Virus record (IMG/VR): IMGVR_UViG_3300014720_000001
Span: 1-64,000 of that record
DNA: 64,000 nucleotides
Direction: 5' to 3' (one strand)
Numbering within the stretch: position 1 is the first letter of the stretch; every line of letters starts with the position of its first letter. This document shows positions 52,504 to 61,497 of the stretch, in pieces. The notes beneath the pieces are model-generated. The model searched no databases, was not told where the DNA came from, and saw only the letters and a program-made list of their open reading frames with translations. The translations under genes were made by a program, and so were the position numbers.

Positions 52504-52510
52504 AGTATAC
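52504..52510 (-). promoter_or_regulatory. GTATACT motif upstream of the sheath gene
   Basis: Intergenic, within CGTAGT-TGTGTAT-ACTACG; recurs at 934 and 55777. Confidence 0.35.
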
Positions 52511-52554
52511 ACAACTACGGGTTTCCAAAAAAAACACCCCACCGTGAAAATTTC

Positions 52555-53265
52555 TTAACAAGACAATAAATCCGATGCCTTGAAGACAATCCGCTTTAGG
52601 CGCGGCGCATACGGCTGGAGCAACCAAGCTTCCTCGGCGACGTACGCAACAGTCACAGGGACGGCATATCCCTGAGCGACCTCTTGAACTTCTCCTATGC
52701 CGCCTACTTCGGCGACGTAAAAACGAAACAAATCCATTTGATCGCGAATCAAAGGCGAAAAGTTAATTAAAAACTTCAGTACCTCTGTCGCAAGAAATTC
52801 GGTTTCTGCGCCGGCAGAACTAAGGCAGTATATCGTGTGGCTACCTTCCCACATACCGGCGTAACTTACTGCTCCAGTATAGTCATTGGCGGCTGCAATG
52901 TCACCAATAGTTTGTTTTTGCCAGCGCCAACCATTTCGTTTAATTAATATCGCCGGGCGCTTGTCGGCAGTGTTGGGCGACCAGCGGGTAATACTTTCTA
53001 TCAAAATGCCGCCTTTGTTGTCGCCGGCGTCAGACGGCCGCCACGCGCCGAGTGTTTCCACGTGCCGACGAATCCGCGGTTCTTCAATGTTTTCTGGGTC
53101 GGCAAAGTGGCCCATTAACAATTGCCGTAAAAACCCGGTCATAACGTGCGGCCGTGTACCGTACGAGCACAGCGAACTGACCTTGTCGACGCGGTTTTCC
53201 GGTTTGCTGTCTTCCGGAAATTGCGCCTCAATCTCCGGCGGGTTCGGATCGTCGCAGGTACTCAT
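52555..53265 (-). CDS. tail terminator/completion-like protein
   Basis: Position between neck and sheath; RPAILIKR...GSHTIYCLS...ETEFLATEV pattern. Confidence 0.6.
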   Translation of the reverse strand: MSTCDDPNPPEIEAQFPEDSKPENRVDKVSSLCSYGTRPHVMTGFLRQLLMGHFADPENIEEPRIRRHVETLGAWRPSDAGDNKGGILIESITRWSPNTADKRPAILIKRNGWRWQKQTIGDIAAANDYTGAVSYAGMWEGSHTIYCLSSAGAETEFLATEVLKFLINFSPLIRDQMDLFRFYVAEVGGIGEVQEVAQGYAVPVTVAYVAEEAWLLQPYAPRLKRIVFKASDLLSC

Positions 53266-53380
53266 GTACGTTGTCCTTTAGTTTTTGGTCGTAAATCTTG
53301 GTCGGAGCAAACAAACTGATCTTTTTGGGTGTCAGCTGAATTTTATCGAGCTTCGGTTCGGCAGGATTTTTTTTGCTCAT
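53228..53380 (-). CDS. small hypothetical protein (50 aa, not in the ORF track)
   Basis: Manual translation MSKKNPAEPKLDKIQLTPKKISLFAPTKIYDQKLKDNVHEYLRRSEPAGD; TAATG stop/start overlap with the upstream gene. Confidence 0.45.
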   Translation of the reverse strand: MSKKNPAEPKLDKIQLTPKKISLFAPTKIYDQKLKDNVHEYLRRSEPAGD

Positions 53381-54699
53381 TAGATATCCCAAAAATCGTC
53401 TGGAGTGTTTTGCGCAACAGGTTCGCCGTCACATATTTGCTGCTCGTCACCAGTCGTCAGTGTTTCCCCGGTTTCCGCGGCGAGCGTTAAATTATCGCCA
53501 GACTCGTCTTCGGCCGCGGCGATGGGCACGCTTGGTATCCACGTGCACGCCTGCGGCTCGCCAACGTTAACAACGGTAACGTAATCAACATCCGGGCCGT
53601 ACTCGCCAAGCTTCTCGTACACGATAGCATAGTCGCCCGGGTTTAGCGCCAGCGATTGCGCCCATCGACCGTTTGCCGTTGTAGATGTCGTGGCGAGCGC
53701 AAGGTTTTTTGGTGTTGCAAAGCCGCTGACGTCAAATACGGTTTTAGCGTAAATGTAGATCTTAGCGCCATGAATCGGGCAACCGTTAGCGTCTTTGTAT
53801 ACGAACCTGTCGTTACCGTTGTAGTTCTGGTCAACCGGTACGGCGCCACAACCCTCGATCGGCAAAGTGGGCCCAACGCGCTCCGCAGGTTCGCCGCCGA
53901 TTTCGATGGCGTATGCGGTGTTGCTGAACGGGAGCAGACCCATTTTGACTTGATATACAATCGGCACGTTACGGATTGCGGCCGCTACTTGGATTGTTTC
54001 GACAAGCCAGCGTTCGTCGCTAGAGCCGTTAATCCAGATGTCGCTTTTATTAATCGCCGGGAATCCAATGACGCGCGCAGTGATATAGGGGTTGTGCCGA
54101 GTCATACCCTTAAACTGCGCGTCAACGTCTTCTTGAATAGTCTGGGTGGAAATGTCCCAGCACTGCAAAGACAGCGGCGGGTGGTAGCCAATTTCAAAGC
54201 CGGTGCCGTTGCAGACCGGGCAGTCCGAGTCCAGCACTTCTTGCGTCAGCTGATCTCGGCATCTGCGGCACGGCTTTCCGAAACGAAACGGCTTTAATAG
54301 GTAGCCCGGCACGGCAACATATTTAAACCGCAGCTGTTCTTTGCGGATAATCTCGCGCGCGATCAGCCAGTCTTTTTCAGGAAGGTCGCCGTAGCAGTTG
54401 GCGGCCTGTGAAACATAAACACTGGTCGGCGTAGTTAATACGACGCGATAGTGGTCCAGCAGGTCGTAGCCAGCTTCGCGCCATTCAGGGTCATAGGCGT
54501 TGTAACCGTTTACAACAGGGGCGCCGATGTTCACCCAATCGAGGCCGTCGCGCAGCCCGGTTTTGCCAAGTTGCAGCTGGAAGACGTACGGGCCGGGTTC
54601 GTTAAACGTGCGCTCTAGTTGCCACCAAACGCGTGTTGTACCGCGGACCATATGATCCACAGACACGCGGCGAAACGGGAAAATGCGAGATTGGGGCAT
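53380..54699 (-). CDS. neck/head-closure protein with Zn motif
   Basis: CRRC...CPVCNGTG; WLVETIQVAA...VYQVKMGLL head-closure-like segment; C-terminal prealbumin-like segment. Confidence 0.6.
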   Translation of the reverse strand: MPQSRIFPFRRVSVDHMVRGTTRVWWQLERTFNEPGPYVFQLQLGKTGLRDGLDWVNIGAPVVNGYNAYDPEWREAGYDLLDHYRVVLTTPTSVYVSQAANCYGDLPEKDWLIAREIIRKEQLRFKYVAVPGYLLKPFRFGKPCRRCRDQLTQEVLDSDCPVCNGTGFEIGYHPPLSLQCWDISTQTIQEDVDAQFKGMTRHNPYITARVIGFPAINKSDIWINGSSDERWLVETIQVAAAIRNVPIVYQVKMGLLPFSNTAYAIEIGGEPAERVGPTLPIEGCGAVPVDQNYNGNDRFVYKDANGCPIHGAKIYIYAKTVFDVSGFATPKNLALATTSTTANGRWAQSLALNPGDYAIVYEKLGEYGPDVDYVTVVNVGEPQACTWIPSVPIAAAEDESGDNLTLAAETGETLTTGDEQQICDGEPVAQNTPDDFWDI

Positions 54700-54719
54700 A
54701 TGCTTTTTTGAGCCTTTGC

Positions 54720-54752
54720 GCGGTTCGACATAAAAATATCATGTCAAACCGC
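54720..54752. promoter_or_regulatory. 12-bp imperfect inverted repeat (operator or hairpin)
   Basis: GCGGTTCGACAT-N9-ATGTCAAACCGC (11 of 12 match) in the intergenic gap; contains TTGACA on the - strand. Confidence 0.4.
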
Positions 54753-54760
54753 TCAAGATA

Positions 54761-55753
54761 TCAATAACGAATCCGAAGCGCGTCGGTATACCCGGCATAC
54801 TTGTACGTCGACGAAACCTCACCATAGCCACCTTCGAGGTTAATACTGGCCTTGGTTGCTCGGACCCACTCGCGATAGGCTTGCCACCGCGCTTGGCCGG
54901 CACGTTCATAGCTGGCTTCTTTGTTCTGGTCGTTTACAGACAGCCCAGCCGCGTTGTAGTCGAACTGATTACGGCGGAACTGCTCGGCCACCATCATGAA
55001 CAGGTTGGCGCAAATACCCTCCAGCCAGTGATATCTAAACGGGAAAGACTGGGTGTTGTATACGGCGTCGATGGGCGGGGGTACTTCGTTCCAGTACATA
55101 ACCGGGCGCGCAATCGCCAACGCAATCTCGGCGTCATCGAACATCAGGCTATCGAGCAGAAAGCTTTCGCCCGGAGCCGAATCGCGCAGGTGTAAGCGGA
55201 TCTCGGCGATGCTCGGAGGCCCGCCCGGCTGATTAACACTGGAAAACGTGCTGCGGCTGATTACGACCGAAAACGTGTTCGAGAAGATCACGCAGGGCTG
55301 GTTGCTGGCTTGAGCAGGCAAGCTAACCAGCGCTATCTCACCGTAGTACACACCGGGAACGCCAGTCAGGCTGTTCGACAACGCGACGATTACTTTGCCG
55401 GTCTCGGGCTCGACGATAGTGGCCGGAACCTCAATCGGCGCATTCTGATTGCCTAGCGACAGCTGTTCTTTTAGCCGCAGCCTGACCTGAAAGTCTTGCG
55501 CGTCGGTGCAGGCTGTCAGGTTTACAGGGCGGCCTTCGCGGTCGTGCATTGTCCACTCAATCGTGGCGCACTGGCCTTGCGTGAGCGTAATAGCGCGCAT
55601 GCGGGTCAGCAGCGGCTGCCCGTTCACGCCCGAAATAGGTGCGCTAATAACGTTCTGGCCGACGCACGAAACCGGTGTAATAGCTTGGCCGCCGGTATTG
55701 CCGTTGCAACACGGCACAATTGGGTGTTCAGCGGGCGTGGCAATAACAACCAT
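54761..55753 (-). CDS. head-tail adaptor/neck protein with N-terminal BppU-like Ig domain
   Basis: ITLTQGQCATIEWTMHD...GKVIVAL...GVYYGEI; C-terminal IAEIRLHLRD...FDDAEIALAI...YWNEVPP adaptor pattern. Confidence 0.65.
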   Translation of the reverse strand: MVVIATPAEHPIVPCCNGNTGGQAITPVSCVGQNVISAPISGVNGQPLLTRMRAITLTQGQCATIEWTMHDREGRPVNLTACTDAQDFQVRLRLKEQLSLGNQNAPIEVPATIVEPETGKVIVALSNSLTGVPGVYYGEIALVSLPAQASNQPCVIFSNTFSVVISRSTFSSVNQPGGPPSIAEIRLHLRDSAPGESFLLDSLMFDDAEIALAIARPVMYWNEVPPPIDAVYNTQSFPFRYHWLEGICANLFMMVAEQFRRNQFDYNAAGLSVNDQNKEASYERAGQARWQAYREWVRATKASINLEGGYGEVSSTYKYAGYTDALRIRY

Positions 55754-55756
55754 GTG

Positions 55757-55768
55757 AACCTCCGTGTT
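55757..55768 (-). promoter_or_regulatory. RBS hairpin AAC[ACGGAG]GTT (CsrA-type site)
   Basis: 3-bp stem with ACGGAG loop. Confidence 0.55.
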
Positions 55769-55776
55769 ACACCGTA

Positions 55777-55783
55777 AGTATAC
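55777..55783 (-). promoter_or_regulatory. GTATACT motif upstream of the neck operon
   Basis: Directly after a terminator U-tract, about 25 nt upstream of the ATG. Confidence 0.35.
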
Positions 55784-55789
55784 AAATAA

Positions 55790-55821
55790 AAACGGCTGGC
55801 CGCTTACGCAGCCAGCCGTTT
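55790..55821 (-). terminator. intrinsic terminator ending the capsid operon
   Basis: AAACGGCTGGC-N10-GCCAGCCGTTT followed by TTATTTG on the - strand. Confidence 0.75.
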
Positions 55822-55845
55822 AGAAGAGATTGACGAGGTTGACGC

Positions 55846-56166
55846 TCAGTCCCAACCTTCCGGGGTCTTTGTGCCCAGAGTGTCTGCGTTGAGGTTGACC
55901 TGATCGATGCTGCCATCGTCTTCGTCGGTGAGGTAAACGGCCGGCGACTTGGTGATAACTAGCTTGCCGTCTTCAAGCGCGCGTTCGAGCGCTTTGAACT
56001 GCCGCTGACCACCGCGTCCGCCCTTGCCTACCGTCGCGACAAGATCGCCGGGGACGGTGTACGTTTCGTTGTCAGCGAGACGCTTGCCGTGCGCACCGAG
56101 GAAGCCGAACACCCGGGCGGCGCCCGAGACGTTCTTAACTGTCGTGTATAAACCGGGTACTGCCAT
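55846..56166 (-). CDS. small virion protein (head cluster)
   Basis: ATGGAG SD; last gene before the terminator. Confidence 0.75.
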   Translation of the reverse strand: MAVPGLYTTVKNVSGAARVFGFLGAHGKRLADNETYTVPGDLVATVGKGGRGGQRQFKALERALEDGKLVITKSPAVYLTDEDDGSIDQVNLNADTLGTKTPEGWD

Positions 56167-56185
56167 TGTTAGTTACTCCATTTCT

Positions 56186-56575
56186 TCAGGATGCGCTTTG
56201 CAGAGCCGCGGCAGCAGCAGCCTGCAGCGTCAGAACCGCCTGCGCAATCGCAGGTTGCTCCGCCGCTACGCTCGCCACATCGCCGTAAGCAGCCGCCTTT
56301 TCACCAGTGCCGCCGAGGCCCGCGGCGGCAAGCATCTCGTCCAACTGCTTGTTAGCAGTCGAGAGCGAGGATGCTTGCGCGGCCGCGACCTTTTCTTGCT
56401 CCGCCGTGTAGAGCACATGAAGCTTGGAAGCAGCAGCCCACATTTCTGCGGCTTCGCCTTCCGAGCGCGGCTGGATGCCGTGCGCGGCAAGCTTCTCGAA
56501 GAAATACGGCGCGGCAAGTTCCGACACGATTGTGGCGTAAGCTTGCTCAGCCGCTTCTTTAACATTATCAGACAT
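56186..56575 (-). CDS. Ala-rich head cluster protein
   Basis: AAAGGAG SD; KEA, KLA, KVA and KAA motifs. Confidence 0.78.
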   Translation of the reverse strand: MSDNVKEAAEQAYATIVSELAAPYFFEKLAAHGIQPRSEGEAAEMWAAASKLHVLYTAEQEKVAAAQASSLSTANKQLDEMLAAAGLGGTGEKAAAYGDVASVAAEQPAIAQAVLTLQAAAAAALQSAS

Positions 56576-56609
56576 AACGTGCTCCTTTGGGTTTAATTCC
56601 TACACGGCA

Positions 56610-57536
56610 TCACTTGAAGTTAACGCGAGCCAGACCGTTGGTATGGCCGAACGAGCCACCCGAAGTCTGGTAGGCGAAGTACTCAAGCATGTAAGCCTCA
56701 CGACGGATGTACATCGTGGTGGGCTCCAGCTCGTAGTTCTTGCCGATGAACTTCGGCGACGCAAACATGAACAGCGAGTCATCGGGGACAAGATCGCGCT
56801 TGATCGTGACGATCCAGCGGCAGTTGAGGAAGTTCGTCTCCGCCCAACCGTTCTTGATGATGTCCTGCGAGAAATCACCACCCATCTCGTCGCGACCGAA
56901 CTTGAGGAGTTCCTTGATCGTGATGTTATTCACGAGGCAGGTTTCAACCTCGAAGTGCGACGGCGTCCGGGGCATGACCTTCAGCGCGTCAACAAGGGTC
57001 TCACGGGTGATGCCGCCCGAGATCTCCTCGTACTGCACAACGCCGCTGGCGACGTTGGCAACACCCGGAGTCGGGAGCACGGCGTTGAAGGCGGCAATGA
57101 ACTTGCCGTCCTCTTCCGCCAGCATGTCCTTGATCATGTTGTCGCTGAGGACCTGACGGATGTCGATCACGTACGTACGCAGCTCGTCGACGTCCTTCAC
57201 AGCGCGGGGCGACACGATCCGGTCAAACATGACGCGGTAGCGCGGGCCACGGATGTAGAAGTTAATCGGGAGCGTCGCAAACGGGAGCGACACAGCCGCC
57301 GGGGAATCGGGCTCCTTGTCCACCACCTTGACGGGCTTGTCAGTATCAACCTGACGGTCAAGCTCGTCGTTGGTGATGGTCAGCGGCGGCATAATCCGCC
57401 GGTAGAACCCGTCTTCACGCATCTTGGTGCGCGTGAAGTCGTTAACCGCATCAATGGCCTGCTTCTGCATGCCGGGGGTATCAAGCTGCTCAAAAAGCGT
57501 TTCGTTGAGCAGTTGGATCTCTTGCTGAGTGGGCAT
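56610..57536 (-). CDS. major capsid protein (HK97 fold)
   Basis: RTKMREDGFYRRIMPP...IKDMLAEEDGKFI pattern; biased, highly expressed codon usage; start MPTQQ at 57536 behind GGAGG; order protease-scaffold-decoration-MCP. Confidence 0.85.
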   Translation of the reverse strand: MPTQQEIQLLNETLFEQLDTPGMQKQAIDAVNDFTRTKMREDGFYRRIMPPLTITNDELDRQVDTDKPVKVVDKEPDSPAAVSLPFATLPINFYIRGPRYRVMFDRIVSPRAVKDVDELRTYVIDIRQVLSDNMIKDMLAEEDGKFIAAFNAVLPTPGVANVASGVVQYEEISGGITRETLVDALKVMPRTPSHFEVETCLVNNITIKELLKFGRDEMGGDFSQDIIKNGWAETNFLNCRWIVTIKRDLVPDDSLFMFASPKFIGKNYELEPTTMYIRREAYMLEYFAYQTSGGSFGHTNGLARVNFK

Positions 57537-57540
57537 TGTG

Positions 57541-57556
57541 GGAACCTCCATGTTCC
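57541..57556 (-). promoter_or_regulatory. MCP RBS hairpin GGAAC[ATGGAG]GTTCC (CsrA-type site)
   Basis: Perfect 5-bp stem with AUGGAG hexaloop containing the SD; a second GGA lies in the 5' arm. Confidence 0.65.
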
Positions 57557-57575
57557 TTATTTAGTTAGGGATAGG

Positions 57576-58154
57576 TCAGTCGATTGTCGCCGCGGTGCCC
57601 GCCGGCAGGTACACGCACCAGAAGGAGAGTGTATCCACACCATTGTGGTTCTTGGCCGCGCCGCTAGAAACAACACCGCAAACCGGGTTTACGTACTGCA
57701 CGGCGTTGGCCTTCGTCAGCACGCCCTCAACAGCAGCGCCGCCGCTGGTGGGAGCAGTCAGAAGGTCACCCGGAGCATACGTGACAGCGCTGCCGCCGGA
57801 CGTCTTCACGTACTCGGTGGTAGCGATTTCATAACCACCGGTCGCAACAAGACCCGACAGCTTGCCCGAGGGCGAAACCGCTTGGTGCATGAAGTTACCG
57901 GCCGCTGTGGTACCCGGATTGCTGACGTCAGCATCGGTCGAACCGTTCAGCAGGAAGATCGCGACGCCCGTGGCGCTGACGCCCGGAACGAACACGTCCT
58001 TGCCGCCCTCTTTCGAGAGGTGCACAACGCGACCGCGCGGAACATCATACGTGACTGTGCTCAGCAGCTTGGCCGAGTAGTCGAGGGACGCCATATCGAA
58101 CCAGCCCTTTTTGACGTCAAGGCCGTGTTCAAACATAAGATCAGGAGCAGGCAT
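57576..58154 (-). CDS. capsid decoration/cement protein
   Basis: 192 aa, beta-rich (GLVATGGYEIAT...YAPGDLLTA...GVLT), directly before MCP as lambda D is. Confidence 0.6.
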   Translation of the reverse strand: MPAPDLMFEHGLDVKKGWFDMASLDYSAKLLSTVTYDVPRGRVVHLSKEGGKDVFVPGVSATGVAIFLLNGSTDADVSNPGTTAAGNFMHQAVSPSGKLSGLVATGGYEIATTEYVKTSGGSAVTYAPGDLLTAPTSGGAAVEGVLTKANAVQYVNPVCGVVSSGAAKNHNGVDTLSFWCVYLPAGTAATID

Positions 58155-58158
58155 TGGT

Positions 58159-58172
58159 AGACCTCCGTGTCT
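58159..58172 (-). promoter_or_regulatory. RBS hairpin AGAC[ACGGAG]GTCT (CsrA-type site)
   Basis: Perfect 4-bp stem with ACGGAG loop. Confidence 0.62.
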
Positions 58173-58208
58173 GTATCAATTGGAAACGTGTTCCGGTAAG
58201 GGACGAAC

Positions 58209-58634
58209 TCAGGTAGTGGGCGGGTTAAGACCAAGGCCCGTAAACAGCTTTACGTCGGAAGCCTTGAGGCGACCATCGCGGGCACCCACATACCCGCTCG
58301 TCAGACTGGCTGTCGGGTCGTAGCTGGCGGTCTTTGTGGCCACCGGCGTACCAAGACGAGCCATTTCAGCTGCGTTTTTATGCGCAGCTAATTTGATAAC
58401 AAGTTCCATCGTGCGCACCGGGTCTTGAAGGGCGGCAGCAAGCGCCTCCTTCTGGTGCGACTCGATCCGCTCGTTCTCCACGCACGCCTTGACGGCTTCG
58501 GGGATCAGGTGGGCCAGCTTTTCGCTGGTTTCAACCTGCGCCTTTTCGGCGGCGGCGGCTTTGGTCATCGCGGCATCGGAGTAACCGATGTAGTCGATGA
58601 TCTTCTGTACGAGCGCGTTATTCTGAGTAGACAT
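58209..58634 (-). CDS. head cluster protein
   Basis: ACACGGAGGT SD; several K-x-A motifs. Confidence 0.78.
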   Translation of the reverse strand: MSTQNNALVQKIIDYIGYSDAAMTKAAAAEKAQVETSEKLAHLIPEAVKACVENERIESHQKEALAAALQDPVRTMELVIKLAAHKNAAEMARLGTPVATKTASYDPTASLTSGYVGARDGRLKASDVKLFTGLGLNPPTT

Positions 58635-58650
58635 TAAAACCTCCGTGTGA

Positions 58651-59994
58651 TCAACGATTCACGAGTTCGATGACGTGCTGCTTCATCATGTCCCGCAGCT
58701 GGCGCGAACGCTTTGTGCGGGCTTCTTTGACTTGAAACTTGCCAGCACGCTTAAAGTTTACAACAGCGCGGCCGATGGCGTCTAAATCTTTAGCAGCTGC
58801 CATCTTCGGCTCTTCCACCGGCGGCACGGCCGCTTCCGGAGCAGCGCCGGCTTCCGGCGGCAGACTGCCTTCAGCGCCACCACCCTGCGCACCGGACAGC
58901 GCTTGCAGCAGCGCTTCCGGCGGAATGCCAAGTTCTTCAAGCGCCATCGCCAGCTCTTGAACAGCCTCGTCTTCCGACGGCTCGCCGGCAGCTTCGGGCG
59001 CCGGGCCACCTTCTGCGCCCATCAGGGCCTCAAGGCCGGCGGGAGCAGCTTCGGGGGCGGGCGCGTCGCTCATACCGGAAGCAGCATCTTCGGGCGCGGA
59101 GTGATCTTCGCCTTCCGTGGCTTCTTCGGTCGGATCGGCCGCGGCGGCCTTCGAGTTCAGGAAGCCGATGAACAGGTCGGCCATCTCGTCAGCTTCACGA
59201 ATGGTGTTCGCACACACTTCGCGAACCGAGGCTTCAGCCGCTTCTTTGTTTAAGCCAAGTTGCGCGGCCAGTTCGTAGCCAGCTTTGAACGCGGCAGCCT
59301 TACCCTCGCGAAGAGCGGCGAGATCAGAACCTTCGATCTTGCCATTGTCGTTTACATCGAGCTTGTGCTGGTCGCCTTTCAGGTTGCTGCCGGCGTGCTC
59401 GCTTTTCTCTTCAGCGGGGGTCTCTTTTTTTTCTTCGGCCTTTTCCTTCAAAAAAGCCGGCAGCTCAGCGGCCTTCTCGTTGGTCAGCTTGTTGGCGCCA
59501 AAGTTAATGAGGTTGGCAAGAATATCGTTGCCCAGCTCGCCAGCGCGTTCGCGGGCTTGCTTGAACGTTACCGAGCTGTACTTCTCGCCGTCATTAGCCT
59601 TAACCGGCGACGAGGTGCCCGGGTCGTCTTTGTCGCCTTTGAAGTCTTTTTCGTTGGCCGGATCTTCGCCGGTCGCCTTGGCCGACACGCCGATGTTCGT
59701 CTGCACGTCGTCTTGACGACCTTCTTGCGACAGCTCCGGTGTGTTGTCTACAGCGAGAGCGCCCTGCTGCTTCTTGATGTCCGATTCGTACTCGCTGGCG
59801 CGCGCACCGGTGCTGGCGTTCTGCACACCGTTGTCGGCGCTGGTTGTCGGGTGCGAAGAAGCGCCCTGATATCCACCCGGATCAGAGGGCACGGGACCGG
59901 CAGACTTTTCAGCCGCAGTCTTAACGGGGCTCTGCGCAATCTCGGCGGCGAGAGCGTTGAGTTGATCGAACAGTGAACGTTGCATCCGTGCCAT
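58651..59994 (-). CDS. capsid scaffold-like protein
   Basis: Low-complexity A/E/P/D-rich sequence between protease and MCP; many K-x-A motifs; AAAGGAG SD. Confidence 0.65.
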   Translation of the reverse strand: MARMQRSLFDQLNALAAEIAQSPVKTAAEKSAGPVPSDPGGYQGASSHPTTSADNGVQNASTGARASEYESDIKKQQGALAVDNTPELSQEGRQDDVQTNIGVSAKATGEDPANEKDFKGDKDDPGTSSPVKANDGEKYSSVTFKQARERAGELGNDILANLINFGANKLTNEKAAELPAFLKEKAEEKKETPAEEKSEHAGSNLKGDQHKLDVNDNGKIEGSDLAALREGKAAAFKAGYELAAQLGLNKEAAEASVREVCANTIREADEMADLFIGFLNSKAAAADPTEEATEGEDHSAPEDAASGMSDAPAPEAAPAGLEALMGAEGGPAPEAAGEPSEDEAVQELAMALEELGIPPEALLQALSGAQGGGAEGSLPPEAGAAPEAAVPPVEEPKMAAAKDLDAIGRAVVNFKRAGKFQVKEARTKRSRQLRDMMKQHVIELVNR

Positions 59995-60037
59995 GACTTT
60001 CTCCTTTGGGGTCTAACCGTTTCCGATTAGCTTCCGT

Positions 60038-61495
60038 TCATGTGACATAATTTTGCATTACACAGTGGTTGGCTGTCAACCAATTGTTTCCGTATTTCTC
60101 GCAGATAGTAGCGAAGGCAGCGATCTTATACAACGCGTAGTGTTGCGCAAGAGCTGTTTCTGCTTTGCCACTTGCTTGCGTGTCAGACGGAAACTCCATT
60201 GCCCGCACGTTACGAAGAGCAGCTAAATATGCGCGTTTCTCAACGTTAACGGGTAATACGCTATGTGTGTGAGCCAACTTCTCAGCCCACACGCGCACGC
60301 TAGGCGGCGCAGAGTCAGCTGGGAAGTACACATTGTTCTCAAGTAGCCCAACTACGTCAACGTCGTTTGCTAACTTTGAGAACACGTTAGGCAGAGCATA
60401 CGCAACTGCACTAACAAGTGTGGCGTTAGCTGACTTAACTGTCAACGCCAAAAAATCTCGCAAGGGCAAGATTACTCCGGCGTCTGCTAGTCCGCGTAAC
60501 ACCTCCGCCATTTTAACAGATGGCGCGCTGTTTGTATCAAGAGGGGGTTGTACTTCTTCAGACCCGGCGAGAGCTGCTTGCGCCCAGTTACCGCGAGCGC
60601 CTGCATCCTTCTCCGCCTGCACAAGCTGGGTTAACGCCTCTAACTGTGACTGAACGCGCGCCCCGGGTGTGCGGCCTAAGTCGAAACCAAGCGGAGCGGT
60701 AATACCTAGTTGCTCGGCTAGTTCGGCGCCAGAAACACAGGTGGCAGACGCGGCTTTCTGCAGCTGGCCAGACACGTACGCAATACGGTCAGCCGGACGG
60801 AAAACGTGGCTGATATCAAAAAACGTCGGGTTTGGATTATCGGCGTGCAGTACGTGGCCGTCTTCGAGCACCCGGCCCATGTTGTGCTTTAACCCGCCCG
60901 CCTTGCAGTGGCCGCCGTTTTCAACCGAGTCGCAGTATTCCGCGCGGGTCTTGGCCGAGTTACCGCAGGACGAGCACTTGTCGAACGGGATCTTGCAGGC
61001 CATCGACACGGCAATCTCTTTATCGTTGGCTAGCTTTTCCAGTTCCTTGTCCGCAATGAGGCCGCCGTTTCGGTCCGCCGCTTCTTTCGAGCCGTTCAGC
61101 GCCACGACCAGCTCGATTCGCTTCATGGGCTCGTGGTAGGCACTGGCCTTTACAATCCCGAAGCTTTTGGCCGGGTTCTTATTGGCATGGTCGCGGTAAA
61201 AGCGCGCAAACTTCTCGAACGTCTGGTGGTAGTTACGGCAGCAGTCGCGGGTAAAGCCGTCACCGTTGCGGTTCGGGCCGTAGTCTTCCGTGGCGCCGAT
61301 CGCGATCATGTGAACCGGCACTTCGTCTTTGGCAAACTTGATGTTTTCGAGCTTGTGGGCAAACTCAGCCCCGGCGCGCTTAACGAGTTCTTGCTTGTCG
61401 GCGCCGATGATGCCGCGGCTAGATACTTTAATCAGAGCAGCAACGGGCTCGCTAAAGTCTTGGGCGTGCGGCTGAATAACCTTGATCATGCTCAT
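60038..61495 (-). CDS. prohead (capsid maturation) protease, assemblin/HK97-type fold with Zn finger
   Basis: NRNGDGF...RDHANKNPAKSFG...VSM...CSSCG...C...C...NPNPTFFDISHVFRPADRIA matches large-phage prohead proteases as recalled. Confidence 0.75.
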   Translation of the reverse strand: MSMIKVIQPHAQDFSEPVAALIKVSSRGIIGADKQELVKRAGAEFAHKLENIKFAKDEVPVHMIAIGATEDYGPNRNGDGFTRDCCRNYHQTFEKFARFYRDHANKNPAKSFGIVKASAYHEPMKRIELVVALNGSKEAADRNGGLIADKELEKLANDKEIAVSMACKIPFDKCSSCGNSAKTRAEYCDSVENGGHCKAGGLKHNMGRVLEDGHVLHADNPNPTFFDISHVFRPADRIAYVSGQLQKAASATCVSGAELAEQLGITAPLGFDLGRTPGARVQSQLEALTQLVQAEKDAGARGNWAQAALAGSEEVQPPLDTNSAPSVKMAEVLRGLADAGVILPLRDFLALTVKSANATLVSAVAYALPNVFSKLANDVDVVGLLENNVYFPADSAPPSVRVWAEKLAHTHSVLPVNVEKRAYLAALRNVRAMEFPSDTQASGKAETALAQHYALYKIAAFATICEKYGNNWLTANHCVMQNYVT

Positions 61496-61497
61496 GT

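Noticed and set aside
56643-58160. 505-aa + strand ORF
   Set aside because: Antisense shadow of the MCP and decoration genes; unnatural composition, and the minus-strand genes have clear SDs and motifs
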